64,000 nt of DNA from Eledone cirrhosa. Lineage: Eukaryota. A program made the position numbers and the translations under genes. Location of the stretch: NCBI GenBank assembly GCA_964016885.1, contig OZ024744.1, forward strand, positions 57,412,001 through 57,476,000. The letters are read 5' to 3'. The notes under the pieces were generated by a model that saw only the letters and a program-made list of their open reading frames with translations, did not search any database and had not been told where the DNA came from. The stretch's first letter is position 1. The number at the start of each line of letters is the position of its first letter. Below are positions 10,798-22,105 of the stretch, piece by piece.

Positions 10798-11354
10798 CAT
10801 CATCATCTTCGTTTAATGTCCATCTTCCATGCTAGCATGGGTATATATATACTCAATATACACTGTATATGATGTGTGGTTCAAGGGAAAGGTAAAATCT
10901 GATAAAACTTAGCACCAGTGTTATCACAACTCATATTTTTCCTGTCAAGTGTACTGGAGAAATAAATAGTGTCTTGCTGAAAGACTCAACTTGCTGCCTG
11001 GTCCAAGAATTAAAATCATAACCTTACAATTATAAGCCAAGCACCCTAACCACTAAGTCATATGTTATATATACTAGTAGTGTGACAGTACTTACTGAGT
11101 CATTCACAGCACCATTTCTAGTTTAGTAGTCTTCTTCTTTTTTTAGGAGGGGGGGGGGGGGCTTATTTATTTATTCATTTAATTTTACCAAAACTAATTT
11201 CCTTACCAAATAATTTGTACATTAGAATTGTCTTTGTGGTCAATGTATGTATTACCTTTAACTTAAAACTACTGCACCATTGCAAGCAACACCACCACCG
11301 CCACTGTCGCTGCCGCAACCACCACACCCACTGCCACCACCATCGCAACATCAA

Positions 11355-11385
<31 letters not shown>

Positions 11386-11471
11386 AACAATCATCACCGA
11401 GATTGTCGCGGGTGGCGAATAGCGATATGACTACCAGATATGATGGTGAGTTGCGATATAAGTGGGCTCCT

Positions 11472-11811
11472 TCATCATCATCATCATCATCATTTTACGT
11501 CCGCTTTTCCCTGCTTGCAAGGGTGGGACTGGAACTGATTCTGGCTTGATTTCTACAGCTGGATGCCCTTCCTAACACCAACCTCATTTACAGTGAGTGA
11601 TGGGTGCTTTTTTGCCGTGGCACCTCCATGACCACTTTGCAGTGGAATGATAGGGACCCCAGTCCCTATCCTCTCATTTCTACAGCTGAGTAAACTGGAG
11701 CAATGTGAAATAGTGTCTTGCTCAAGGAAACAACACATCACCCAGTCTGAGAATTGAACTCACAACCTTTTGATTACAAGGCCAATGCTCTAACCACTAA
11801 GCCATGTGCCT
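11472..11811 (-). mobile_element. tRNA-derived CORE-type SINE with RTE-like (GAT)n tail
   Basis: Minus strand: GGCACATGGCTTAGTGGTTAGAGC (A box), GTGAGTTCAATTC (B box), CCTTGAGCAAGACACT...CAGCTGTAGAAATGAG core, ACGTAAAATGATGATG tail. Confidence 0.85.
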
Positions 11812-11829
11812 CCATCCAGACGAATAAAC

Positions 11830-12380
11830 CCCAGGCAAACAGTGATACACTTCTAAACGAGATGGAGCCATGGGTGTCACTGTTAGCTCCTAAGAAAACT
11901 CTCATAACCCAGTAATGTTGTTACGATGAGGTGAATAAAGGCCACTTCTAAAAAAGCCTAGTCTGCACGGGTCTGAGAAAATTACCAAATTGATAACTGA
12001 CGCGAATGAGACACCAAAGTAGTAAAGGCTGTCATACCACATCATCCTTTGTGTGAGATAAGCGATAAGCCTTAGGTAGAGGGAACTGTTAAAAAATATA
12101 TTGCACTCTCCATTCTTCAATGCTGCAAGAACTTACGATGGGACTATGACCTGTCCTGAGGGGTGTAGGATGGAAGCACAAAGGTTACATATCCCAAGAT
12201 CCCAGAAAGTATTTGGAAGGGATCAAACCGTAACAATTAATTACTGGAACAATGCAACCCTTACAGGCAAGGAGTAGGAACTAGAGGAGGAGGCCAAATG
12301 CTACTGACTAGATATATTTGAGGCTTCCTCAACATCGTTCCATGGTTCTGGTATTGTAGATTTGGAGAGTAGAAGATGAA
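11830..12380 (+). pseudogene. RTE (Expander/Rex3-like) LINE 5' remnant
   Basis: 12242-12380 translates WNNATLTGKE*ELEEEAKCY*LDIFEASST...GSGIVDLE, resembling the RTE endonuclease N-terminus; 5' boundary uncertain. Confidence 0.6.
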
Positions 12381-12656
12381 TAAGAAGGAGGAGGGGAGGG
12401 GAGGAGGAGAGGGAGGGATGGAAGGAGCAGGAGGAGGAGGAAATGAAGGAGAAGAAGAAGAATAGTGGTAGAATAGATTGATGGGGTGGTGGTGGTGTTG
12501 GTGTTGATGATGATAATTGCTTCTACTTTTGGCACAAGGCCAGCAATTATCCCAGTGCATTACTGGTACTTTATTTTATCGACCACGTAAGGATAAGTGT
12601 TGCCAACATTATCCAATATTACCAACATTGGCAAATAATGAGAATATATATATATA

Positions 12657-13288
12657 TTCCTAAGCCGAAATACGATTCTCGCTAATTTATATTTGTATGA
12701 ATCTCCAGAGTCTAGCTATTGACCAGTTAATTTTCTTGATTTTTTTAGTTGATGCTATTGACTGATGAATAGCTTTTGTTAACTTTAACCATTCTGTCGA
12801 GAGCTTTATTCGATTTGTGATATTTTGCATTCTTGCAATATTATACACAACTGAATTCATTCGCCTAAAATAAGTGTTGGCTCCCTTGCTGAACTCCACG
12901 TAGAGTCAGTAATAGTCACACTTTGGATTAGCAGTTGAGCAAAAACCTGTTGATAAAGTGGCTTCCTTGTTCAGTCATCTCACCAGAAGCTTAACAATTT
13001 TTATGTAAGCGGACAGTACATGATTTAGGAGTCGCAGAAACCCAAATACTGGATTATACCAACCTTCCAGGGTCCGGGTAAATTTTCAATCACATATATT
13101 TTTATTGTTTGACCCGAATTACTTGGTCGTTTCTTTGGCTGTGCGGATGATTTGTTTAACCATCATCTCAGTGTGTTTGGCCTTTAACGTATGTTGTAGC
13201 TCTGATTCATTCTGAATCATCGAGCGCTTGCCATACATCTCGGAAGTTGTTTTTCGTTAATTCCTAAGCCGAAATACGATTCTCGCTA

Positions 13289-13295
<7 letters not shown>
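12657..13295. repeat. ~640-bp unit bounded by ~35-bp direct repeats, embedded in (TA)n
   Basis: TTCCTAAGCCGAAATACGATTCTCGCTAATTTATAT at ~12657 and again at 13261. Confidence 0.85.
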
Positions 13296-13335
<40 letters not shown>

Positions 13336-13541
13336 GGAGGTGAGTTTTATTGTAGTACAATAAAGCAATGCAGATATCGGATAAGAAGCACTCTACAGTT
13401 TGTGGGACTGGAGTATGCATAATATAAGATCAAAAGATGGTTAAAGGAGTTCAATATATTTTATTATGCGCATTTCAAATGTTGATTTAAAACTGCACTA
13501 TCAACAAGTGTTTTTTTTAGCCTTCATATCATGTTCTCCTG

Positions 13542-13608
13542 TTTTATCTGATGAAAACACAAATATTATTGTTTGATGATGTTTGTTTTTGAAATGCGCA
13601 TAATAAAA
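13542..13608 (+). ncRNA. Minimal type I hammerhead ribozyme (family C)
   Basis: TTTTAT-CTGATGA-AAACACAAATATTAT..ATGATGTTTGTTTTT-GAAA-TGCGCA-TA^ATAAAA; 6-bp stem I; the 3' end 13588-13642 is inverted at 13424-13479. Confidence 0.82.
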
Positions 13609-13657
13609 TATATTGAACTCCTTTAACCATCTTTTGATCTTATATATATATATATAT

Positions 13658-13873
13658 AACGAAGGAAATGTGGTAAGGAACCAGATGGACCATAACGCAC
13701 CAAAGTACTCAATACTTAGGGTAGTAGAGTGGGTGATAGGAACGAGTAGGATCCCGGCGGCTGAGCTCAAGCCGTTCCGACGGCTAATTTTTTTTTTTAA
13801 TTATTTTTTTTAGTCCAGAATTACCCGTAGAAACAGCTTGAGCTCAGCTGTCGGGGTCCTACTCGTTCCTATC
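13658..13873. mobile_element. Short dispersed element with fold-back end (second copy 37938-38071)
   Basis: GATAGGAACGAGTAGGATCCC...GAGCTCAAGC (13735-13772) is inverted at 13835-13873; body matches the reverse complement of 37970-38070. Confidence 0.75.
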
Positions 13874-13883
13874 TATATATATA

Positions 13884-14695
13884 TCATCATCATCATCATC
13901 ATCATCATCGTTTAACGTCCATTTTCCACGCTAGCGTGGGTCTGGACGGGAATTGTCCCACTTGAGGCAAGATTGGTTGTCTTGCTCAGGACTGTCTGGC
14001 GGGTTTTCTACGGCTGGATGCCCTTCCTAACACCAACCACGTTTACAGTGTGGACTGGGAGGTTTTTACCGTGTTACCTACACGGCCACATTACAGCGTG
14101 GACTGTGTGTTTTATTGTCGTGACACCTACACGTCTGGCGGGTTTTCTACGGCTTCCCAACACCAACCACGTTTACAGTGTGTACTGGGAGGTTTTTACC
14201 GTGTTACATACACGGCCACATTACAGCGTGGACTGTGTGTTTTTTGTCGTGACACCTACCCGACCTCACTTGTTTCGGACTGGATGTTGTGGTACCAACA
14301 TAACTTCACATTTAAGGGGGTGTTGTGGATGAGGTGGGGGTAGTGGGACGGGGTGTATTTTGTTAGAGGTGCCTACTGACTGTAGGTTTCGCTTTGTACT
14401 CAGACAAGGCGGGTCTTCTGTATAACTGTGTAGCGCCAAAGATCTCGGTCCAGTGACATTGTCTTGGAGAGGTGTAAGTGTGTGAGGTAGGAATTTATCA
14501 AGTCGTCCCAGGTTTTTCTGGGTCTGCCTACTCCGTGGCTACCATCTATTTTTATCGCCCTGCACTTTTTTATACAGCTGTCATCTTTCATGCGCATCAC
14601 GTGACCGTACCAACGTAGTCTTCTCTCGAGTAAACAACATCTGATCCTTCTTATTCCTAATTTCTCCCTTAGTTCGTTTATGGTTTGCCGTTCAC

Positions 14696-14697
<2 letters not shown>
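13884..14697 (-). mobile_element. RTE-clade LINE 3' fragment with 3' UTR and (GAT)n tail
   Basis: [11 protein letters not shown]...[21 protein letters not shown]...[11 protein letters not shown]; tail GGACGTTAAACGATGATGATG. Confidence 0.9.
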
Positions 14698-14752
<55 letters not shown>

Positions 14753-14761
14753 CAAGATAGC

Positions 14762-14843
<82 letters not shown>

Positions 14844-14900
14844 AAGATGGCGTAGGACAGAACAAAGGAGAGGCACAAAAAACAAAGAAAAGAACCCCCA

Positions 14901-14943
14901 GTCACTGAAGAGGTCACAGAATGTGCGACGAAAGAATTTTGAC
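14901..14943 (+). ncRNA. Probable degenerate hammerhead motif
   Basis: GTCA-CTGAAGA-GGTCACA(GAA)TGTGCGAC-GAAA-GAATTT-TGAC; stem I GTCA/TGAC, stem III damaged. Confidence 0.5.
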
Positions 14944-15081
14944 AATATATAAACAACCATCTGGTTGTGGAACCAACCAACCAACCGGAAATTTATAAAT
15001 TCCTAAATTTATTATAATAAATTGAAGTGAAATCAACTGGTGCGTGTGTTTCTTATTGGCAACATGACCCTCCCAAAGTAT

Positions 15082-15135
<54 letters not shown>

Positions 15136-15263
15136 ATGAAATCGAAAATGCAACTGGAGTCTTATTTTTTTTTTTTTAAATATATATATTCAAAACAACA
15201 AACAGCGAAGGACGCGTTCCGGACTTGTCCGACAGACAATCTTTTCCCCCACCCCGGAAAAAA

Positions 15264-15299
15264 CCCCAGTTGATGGATGTGAATCCGAAATATATAGGG
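15264..15299 (+). ncRNA. Degenerate hammerhead motif inside the nested insertion
   Basis: CCC-CAGTTGA-TGGAT(GTGA)ATCC-GAAA-TATA-TA-GGG; topology intact but two core substitutions. Confidence 0.4.
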
Positions 15300-15568
15300 A
15301 CTATTAAATCTCTCCCAAGGTAACTCTCTCTTGTGTTGTTATTTTTATTTTATCCTTTATACTCTTCCCTTCATTCTACACATCTCACACATCTTATACA
15401 CCCCACGCATCTCAACGTACACCCACTTACATCTCTCTCCACCACCGGACCTTGTTACCCGGAGATTTACCCATTTGCATTGTCGAGGATTCCAAACGAC
15501 TTAAAGATATTTACTTATTGTTCCACAATGCTTCAAGCAAACTTCAATACTCTCATATTTATTTGGTT

Positions 15569-15605
15569 CCTTTACCGGTTTCGCAGTTCTTCTGCTTTTC
15601 AAAAG
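15569..15605 (-). ncRNA. Hammerhead ribozyme, U3-A8 core variant (family B)
   Basis: Minus strand: CTT-TTGAAAA-GCAG(AAGAA)CTGC-GAAA-CCGG-TA^AAG. Confidence 0.7.
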
Positions 15606-15676
15606 TAGAGTTGAGATGGAGGGTCTGTGGTTTTTCTCACATGTGAGAAAAACCACAGACCCTCCATCTCAACTCT

Positions 15677-15714
15677 ACCTTTGAAAAGCAGAAGAACTGC
15701 GAAACCGGTAAAGG
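15677..15714 (+). ncRNA. Hammerhead ribozyme, U3-A8 core variant (family B)
   Basis: CCT-TTGAAAA-GCAG(AAGAA)CTGC-GAAA-CCGG-TA^AAGG; one stem I mismatch. Confidence 0.65.
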
Positions 15715-15875
15715 AACCAAATAAATATATATATTTAAAAAAAAAAAATAAGACTCCAGTTGCATTTTCGATTTCATCTTTTTTTCTTTATACTTTCACT
15801 CGTGTAGGACACCTCGGTTATTTTTCATTTTGTAAAAAAAACCTCACTTTCTAATATATATATATATATATATAT

Positions 15876-15916
<41 letters not shown>

Positions 15917-15918
<2 letters not shown>

Positions 15919-16360
15919 CGCATCGCTTAGTGGTTAGAGCATTGGGCTTGCAATCGAAAGGTTGTGAGTTCAATTCTTAGACCGGGTGATGTGTTGTTTC
16001 CTTGAGCAAGACACTTTATTTCACATTGCTCCTGTTTACTCAGCTGTAGAAATGAGATGATAGGACCGGTGTCCCTATCATTCCACTGCAAAGTGGTCGT
16101 GGAGGTGCCACGGCAAAAAAAACCACCCAGCCTACACTGTAAAGGGGACGTGGAGGCACCATGGAAAAAAGCACCCAGCACTCACTGTAAATGAGGTTGG
16201 TGTTAGGAAGGGCATCTAGCTGTAGAAATCAAGCCAGAATCAGTTCCCATATGAGCAAGACATGGTCAGCTGACTGGCTACTGCTCACAACAGGACAACC
16301 CGTCTAACCCATGCTAGCGTGGAAGAACAGACGTAAAATGGTGATGATGATGATGATGAT
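15917..16360 (+). mobile_element. Full-length tRNA-derived CORE-type SINE with RTE-derived 3' end
   Basis: A and B boxes, CCTTGAGCAAGACACTT core; 16082-16360 closely matches the RTE 3' UTR at 31821-32100. Confidence 0.88.
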
Positions 16361-16486
16361 ATATATATATATATACACGCACACATATATATGTATATAT
16401 AATCCCTTTCTCTCTCTCTCTCTTATTCTTTCTCCCTCTTTCTCTCTCTTTCTCTCCTCTTTCTCTTTCAAACTTCTGCCTTTTCA

Positions 16487-16555
<69 letters not shown>

Positions 16556-16714
16556 TCCCCCTCTCTCTGTTTCTCTTTCTTCTTTCCTCTTTTAAACTGT
16601 GATAATTTCACAGTATTTAAATCAAGAATTGAAAATCAAGAAAACAAAGCGTGTTCTACTTCAGTTCTGTAAAATACAAAAAAAAAAAAAAAAAAAAAGG
16701 ATGGCGCAAAAAGC

Positions 16715-16916
16715 AATAATAATAATAATTGTTTCTACTTTTGGCACAAGGCTAGCAATTATCCCAGTATATTACTGGTACTTTATTTTATCGATCCTGT
16801 AAGGATGAAAGGCAAAGCTAACCATAGCAGGATTTGAACTCAGACCGTAAAGAGCTGTAACTCTATGCTACAAAGCATGGCGTCCAATTCTCTACCGATA
16901 CTGCCAATCCACCGCC
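16715..16916 (-). mobile_element. tRNA-derived SINE with Meta-like central domain and (ATT)n tail; further partial copies at 12510-12595, 19925-20047, 38087-38235
   Basis: Minus strand: GGCGGTGGATTGGCAGTATCGGTAGAG...GAGTTCAAATCC (B box)...GCCTTTCATCCTTACAGGATCGATAAAATAAAGTACC...AGTAGAAACAATTATTATT. Confidence 0.8.
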
Positions 16917-16996
16917 ACTGTAATAATAATAATATTGATTATTTTTTTTATTTGCCACAAGGCCTCAAAGATGATTTACATAGTGTTACATGCAAG

Positions 16997-19861
16997 TGTG
17001 TGGTGGTGTTGGTACTGGTGGTGGTGGTGGTGGTGGTGGTGGTGTTGGTACTGGTGGTGGTGGTGGTGGTGCTGTTGGTGATGATGGTGGTGGTGCTGTT
17101 GGTGGTGGTGCTGTTGGTGGTGGTGGTGGTAGTGGTGGTGGTGGTGGTGTTGGTGGTGGTGCTGTTGGTGGTGTTGGTACTGGTGGTGGTGGTGGTGGTG
17201 GTGCTGTTGGTGGTGGTGCTGTTGGTGATGGTGGTGGTGGTGCTGTTGGTGGTGGTGCTGTTGGTGGTGTTGGTGGTGGTGCTGTTGGTGGTGTTGGTAC
17301 TGGTGGTGGTGGTGGTGGTGCTGTTGGTGATGATGGTGGTGGTGCTGTTGGTGGTGGTGCTGTTGGTGGTGGTGGTAGTGGTGGTGGTGCTGTTGGTGGT
17401 GGTGTTGGTGCTGTTGGTGATGATGGTGGTGGTGCTGTTGGTGGTGGTGCTGTTGGTGGTGGTGCTGTTGGTGGTGGTGGTGGTGTTGGTGGTGGTGCTG
17501 TTGGCGGTGGTGGTGGTAGTGGTGGTGGTGGTGGTGGTGGTGTTGGTGGTGGTGTTGGTGCTGTTGGTGGTGTTGGTGGTGGTGCTGTTGGTGGTGGTGC
17601 TGTTGGTGATGGTGGTGGTGGTGCTGTTGGTGGTGGTGCTGTTGGTGGTGGTGGTGGTAGTGGTGGTGGTGGTGGTGGTGGTGTTGGTACTGGTGGTGGT
17701 GGTGGTGGTGCTGTTGGTGATGATGGTGGTGGTGCTGTTGGTGGTGGTGCTGTTGGTGGTGTTGGTGGTGGTGCTGTTGGTGGTGGTGCTGTTGGTGGTG
17801 GTGGTGGTAGTGGTGGTGGTGGTGGTGTTGGTGGTGGTGCTGTTGGTGGTAGTGGTGTTGGTGGTGGTGCTGTTGGTGGTGGTGCTGTTGGTGGTGTTGG
17901 TGGTGGTGCTGTTGGTGATGGTGCTGTTGGTGGTAGTGGTGTTGGTGGTGGTGCTGTTGGTGGTTGTGGTGTTGGTGGTAGTGGTGTTGGTGGTGGTGCT
18001 GTTGGTGGTTGTGGTGGTGGTGGTGGTGCTGTTGGTGGTGGTGCTGTTGGTGGTAGTGGTGTTGGTGGTGGTGCTGTTGGTGATGGTGCTGTTGGTGGTA
18101 GTGGTGTTGGTGGTGGTGGTGGTGGTGATGGTGCTGTTGGTGGTAGTGGTGTTGGTGGTGGTGCTGTTGGTGATGGTGCTGTTGGTGGTAGTGGTGTTGG
18201 TGGTGGTGCTGTTGGTGATGGTGCTGTTGGTGGTAGTGGTGTTGGTGGTGGTGCTGTTGGTGGTTGTGGTGTTGGTGGTAGTGGTGTTGGTGGTGGTGCT
18301 GTTGGTGGTTGTGGTGGTGGTGGTGGTGGTTGTGGTGGTGGTGGTGCTGTTGGTGGTGGTGGTGGTAGTGGTGTTGGTGGTGGTGCTGTTGGTGGTAGTG
18401 GTGTTGGTGGTGGTGGTGGTGGTGGTGGTGGCGGTGGTGGTGGTGGTGGTGGTGGTGGTGGTGGTGGTGGTGGTGGTGGTGGTGCTGTTGGTGGTGGTGC
18501 TGTTGGTGGTAGTGGTGGTGGTGGTGGTGGTGGTGGTGGTGGTGCTGTTGGTGGTGTTGGTGGTGGTGCTGTTGGTGGTGGTGCTGTTGGTGGTAGTGGT
18601 GTTGGTGGTGGTGGTGGTGGTGGTTGTGGTGGTGGTGGTGGTGGTGGTGGTGCTGTTGGTGGTTGTGGTGGTGGTGGTGGTGGTGGTGGTGGTGGTGGTG
18701 CTGTTGGTGGTGGTGCTGTTGGTGGTAGTGGTGTTGGTGGTGGTGGTGGTGGTGGTTGTGGTGGTGGTGGTGGTGGTGGTGGTGGTGGTGGTGCTGTTGG
18801 TGGTTGTGGTGGTGGTGCTGTTGGTGGTTGTGGTGGTGGTGGTGGTGGTGGTTGTGGTGGTGGTGCTGTTGGTGGTGGTGCTGTTGGTGGTAGTGGTGTT
18901 GGTGGTGGTGGTGTTGGTGGTGGTGCTGTTGGTGGTTGTGGTGGTGGTGGTGGTGGTGTTGGTGGTGGTGCTGTTGGTGGTAGTGGTGGTGGTGGTGGTG
19001 GTGGTGGTGGTGGTGCTGTTGGTGGTGGTGCTGTTGGTGGTAGTGGTGTTGGTGGTGGTGGTGGTGGTGGTGCTGTTGGTGGTGGTGCTGTTGGTGGTAG
19101 TGGTGTTGGTGGTGGTGGTGGTGGTGGTGGTGGTGGTGTTGGTGGTGGTGCTGTTGGTGGTGTTGGTGGTGGTGCTGTTGGTGGTAGTGGTGGTGGTGGT
19201 GGTGCTGTTGGTGGTTGTGGTGGTGGTGGTGGTGGTGGTGCTGTTGGTGGTAGTGGTGTTGGTGGTGGTGCTGTTGGTGGTTGTGGTGGTGGTAGTTGTA
19301 GTGGTGGTGGTGCTGTTGGTGGTTGTGGTGGTGGTGGTGGTGGTGGTGGTGGTAGTGGTAGTGGTGGTGGTGCTGTTGGTGGTGGTGCTGTTGGTGGTGG
19401 TGGTGGTGTTGGTGGTGGTGCTGTTGGCGGTGGTGGTGGTAGTGGTGATGGTGGTGGTGGTGGTGCTGTTGATGGTGGTGGTAGTGGTGGTGTTGGTGGT
19501 GGTGCTGTTGGTGGTTGTGGTAGTGGTGGTGGTGCTGTTGGTGGTGGTGGTGTTTGTGGTGGTGGTGGTGGTGGTGGAGCTGTTGGTGGTGGTGCTGTTG
19601 GTGGTAGTGGTGTTTGTGGTGGTGGTGGTGTTGGTGGTGGTGCTGTTGGCGGTGGTGGTGGTAGTGGTGATGGTGGTGGTGGTGGTGCTGTTGGTGGTTG
19701 TGGTAGTGGTGGTGGTGCTGTTGGTGGTGGTGCTGTTGGTGGTTGTGGTAGTGGTGGTGGTGCTGTTGGTGGTGGTGCTGTTGGTGGTTGTGGTAGTGGT
19801 GGTGGTGCTGTTGGTGGTGGTGGTGTTGGTGGTTGTGGTGTTGGTGTCCTTGGTGGTTGGG
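16997..19861. repeat. Degenerate (GGT)n array with recurring GGTGGTGGTGCTGTT 15-mer
   Basis: 2.9 kb of GNT/NGT triplets in a single phase; explains the three ~1000-aa low-complexity ORFs. Confidence 0.95.
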
Positions 19862-20324
19862 GAAAGTTACATGTCATGTAAAAAAATGAAATATGAATCA
19901 ATTAGATAACAAAAAATAACAACAACAATAATAATAATAATTGTTTCTACTTTTGGCACAAGGCCAGTAATTACCCAGTGCATTACTGGTACTTTATTTT
20001 ATCGACCCCGTAAGGATGAAAGGCAAAGTAAACCTCGGCGGGATTTGTATTCTTCTTTGCCTCCTCCTCCTCTTTCTCCTTCTCCTTCATCTTCTTCTTT
20101 GCCTTCTTCTTTAAGTTTTACTACTTTGAAGAGGAACCAAAATCTGTTTAGAAATATATTTATTTATTTATTTAACAGTTTATTTATATATTTGTTTGTT
20201 TATTTATTTTATGTTATTTATTTTTCTCTTTTTCAAATTATTTTCTATTGTAATAACACCTTATTGACTTTATAACTGCGGAAACTGTGACCCTCCTAAC
20301 TGAGCTCCAAAGCTTTACCTCATG

Positions 20325-20670
20325 TTATTATCTCACATAATATCGAATCTATGAGATTTTGATGCTATTTATTTTGAGAACAATACCTTAACATCAGTAT
20401 GAAAGGCCGGTTACAGCTGGTTTGAACAGAAAGAGGTGAGAGAATTCTGGCCGGATATGGCTGGTTTATATGCTAAAGAGTTAATAAAGAATTTTGAAGG
20501 ATTTCCTAAAATTATTAATTATTTCATTATTAAGACAGTAACTTAATGTAAGGTTCTTATATAAAATTATGCTAGAAGATTTTTATTTAAATTGGAAACC
20601 TTTAAAATGGGTGGTTTTATTTGTATAACCAGAGCTGGCTTTGGCCAGGTCGGTAACTAAAGGGTTAAAA
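20325..20670. mobile_element. piggyBac-type non-autonomous element remnant (related copy 33705-33920)
   Basis: ~150-bp segment shared in inverted orientation with 33705-33850; ends TGCTAAAG(A/G)GTTAA, i.e. TTAA-CCCTTTAGCA-type terminus. Confidence 0.55.
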
Positions 20671-21357
20671 TCGGTGGCTTTATTTCATAGGACCTGAGCC
20701 AGTTTTGGCCAGGTTCTAAATGGTTAGTATGCAAATGGCTGGGCATTCCATTGACTTAGAAATTAAGCATGACAGTGTGAAAAATGTTAGCCCTTTGAAT
20801 TACAGGTTTTCCATCTGAGAGGACTAGAGCAACATGAAATAAAGTGTCTTGCTCAACAAAACAACACACTGACTTTACAATTGTTAGCCAAACATTCTAA
20901 TTACTAAGTTATGTGCCTTCACAATATTATTGTACTAAAGACAATAACAAAAACAAATATTTTGAAGTCATTTTCTTTGCAGCAGCAAGAATTAGTCCAG
21001 TGGGTTCATGTCAGACTTCATACTTATCATGGGGTCTTTTGAGGCACTGTTTTATAGCTGGAAGACCTCCCTTTTAGTCACTTATGACATAGAAATACAG
21101 TGTGATTTTTCTAAATCAAGAGTCTCAAATTCTTGGCCTGTAAGCTACTTTTATATGGCTCATAGCAGAATGATTTTCATGAATGATATTTTCCTAAAAG
21201 TTGATAATTTGTCCCTCAACCCTTCCCTTCTCTTGCAATTTACCAATGAAATAGAATAAATTGGGAAAATAGAATTTACCTAAAGTAAAAGTGGAATTGA
21301 GGAAACTTTGAAATAGATTTACTTATTTATTCACTTTGATAAAAAAAATATATAATC

Positions 21358-21397
<40 letters not shown>

Positions 21398-21567
21398 CAA
21401 TATGTTGAAAAGGTAACACACCAGAGAGAGATATACAGTGCGCTATCAATAAAACAGGGGAAAAACCACCAGTGTATGGAAATCTATAACCTATGAGAGG
21501 CAGACTATAGACACGATAATTAAAAATATAAATTAAAGCGTAAATAAATACCTCTATAACTATATAA

Positions 21568-21645
21568 CACACGTACAAATCCAAAGAGATGTTTCGCCAG
21601 TAATTTGTTGACAGAAATGGAATAACCTCGGTTCATCAGCGTGTG
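21568..21645 (-). ncRNA. Type I hammerhead ribozyme (family D)
   Basis: Minus strand: CACACG-CTGATGA-ACCG...CTGGC-GAAA-CA(12 nt)TG-TA^CGTGTG; perfect 6-bp stem I, imperfect stem II. Confidence 0.7.
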
Positions 21646-21701
21646 TAAGGCTATACATTTCAGACAACACTAAGAGAGGGCCTATGGCTCCGTTAATTTA
21701 T

Positions 21702-21773
<72 letters not shown>

Positions 21774-21838
21774 ACTCATGTACAGCTGAAGCAAGATTCG
21801 AAAACTTCACCCTCTACAGTCTCTGTCACTACAAAAAA

Positions 21839-22070
21839 ATATATATATTTATTTGGTTCCTTTACCGGTTTCGCAGTTCTTCTGCTTTTCAAAAGTAGAG
21901 TTGAGATGGAGGGTCTGTGGTTTTTCAGATGTGAGAAAAACCACAGACCCTCCATCTCAACTCTACTTTTGAAAAGCAGAAGAACAGCGAAACCGGTAAA
22001 GGAACCAAATAAATATATATATATTTTTTTTAAATAAGACTCCAGTTGCATTTTCGATTTCATTTTTTTT

Positions 22071-22075
<5 letters not shown>
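21839..22075. mobile_element. Second palindromic family B element with two U3-A8 hammerheads (21859-21895 minus; 21966-22002 plus)
   Basis: Near-identical to 15555-15790; fold-back centre ~21930. Confidence 0.85.

Positions 22076-22105
<30 letters not shown>

Larger units (their letters stand above)
15131..15854. mobile_element. Palindromic HHR family B element, left arm interrupted by a ~365-bp insertion (15191-15554)
   Basis: Near-perfect palindrome 15555-15728 centred on TCTCACATGTGAGA (15641/15642); 15131-15190 mirrors ~15725-15785. Confidence 0.85.

Noticed and set aside
11280-11400. Poly-P/poly-Q ORF resembling a transcription-factor exon
   Set aside because: CAC/CAA trinucleotide low complexity adjoining a SINE tail; no domain or clear splice sites.
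15917-15990. tRNA gene
   Set aside because: tRNA-like head runs straight into a SINE core; no acceptor-stem closure or Pol III terminator.
16865-19909. Three ~1000-aa poly-Val, poly-Gly and poly-Pro ORFs
   Set aside because: Produced by a stop-free trinucleotide array; no signal peptide, domain or codon variation.
21770-21838. ~70-bp segment shared with 32697-32765
   Set aside because: Real dispersed repeat end next to (TA)n but too short to classify.
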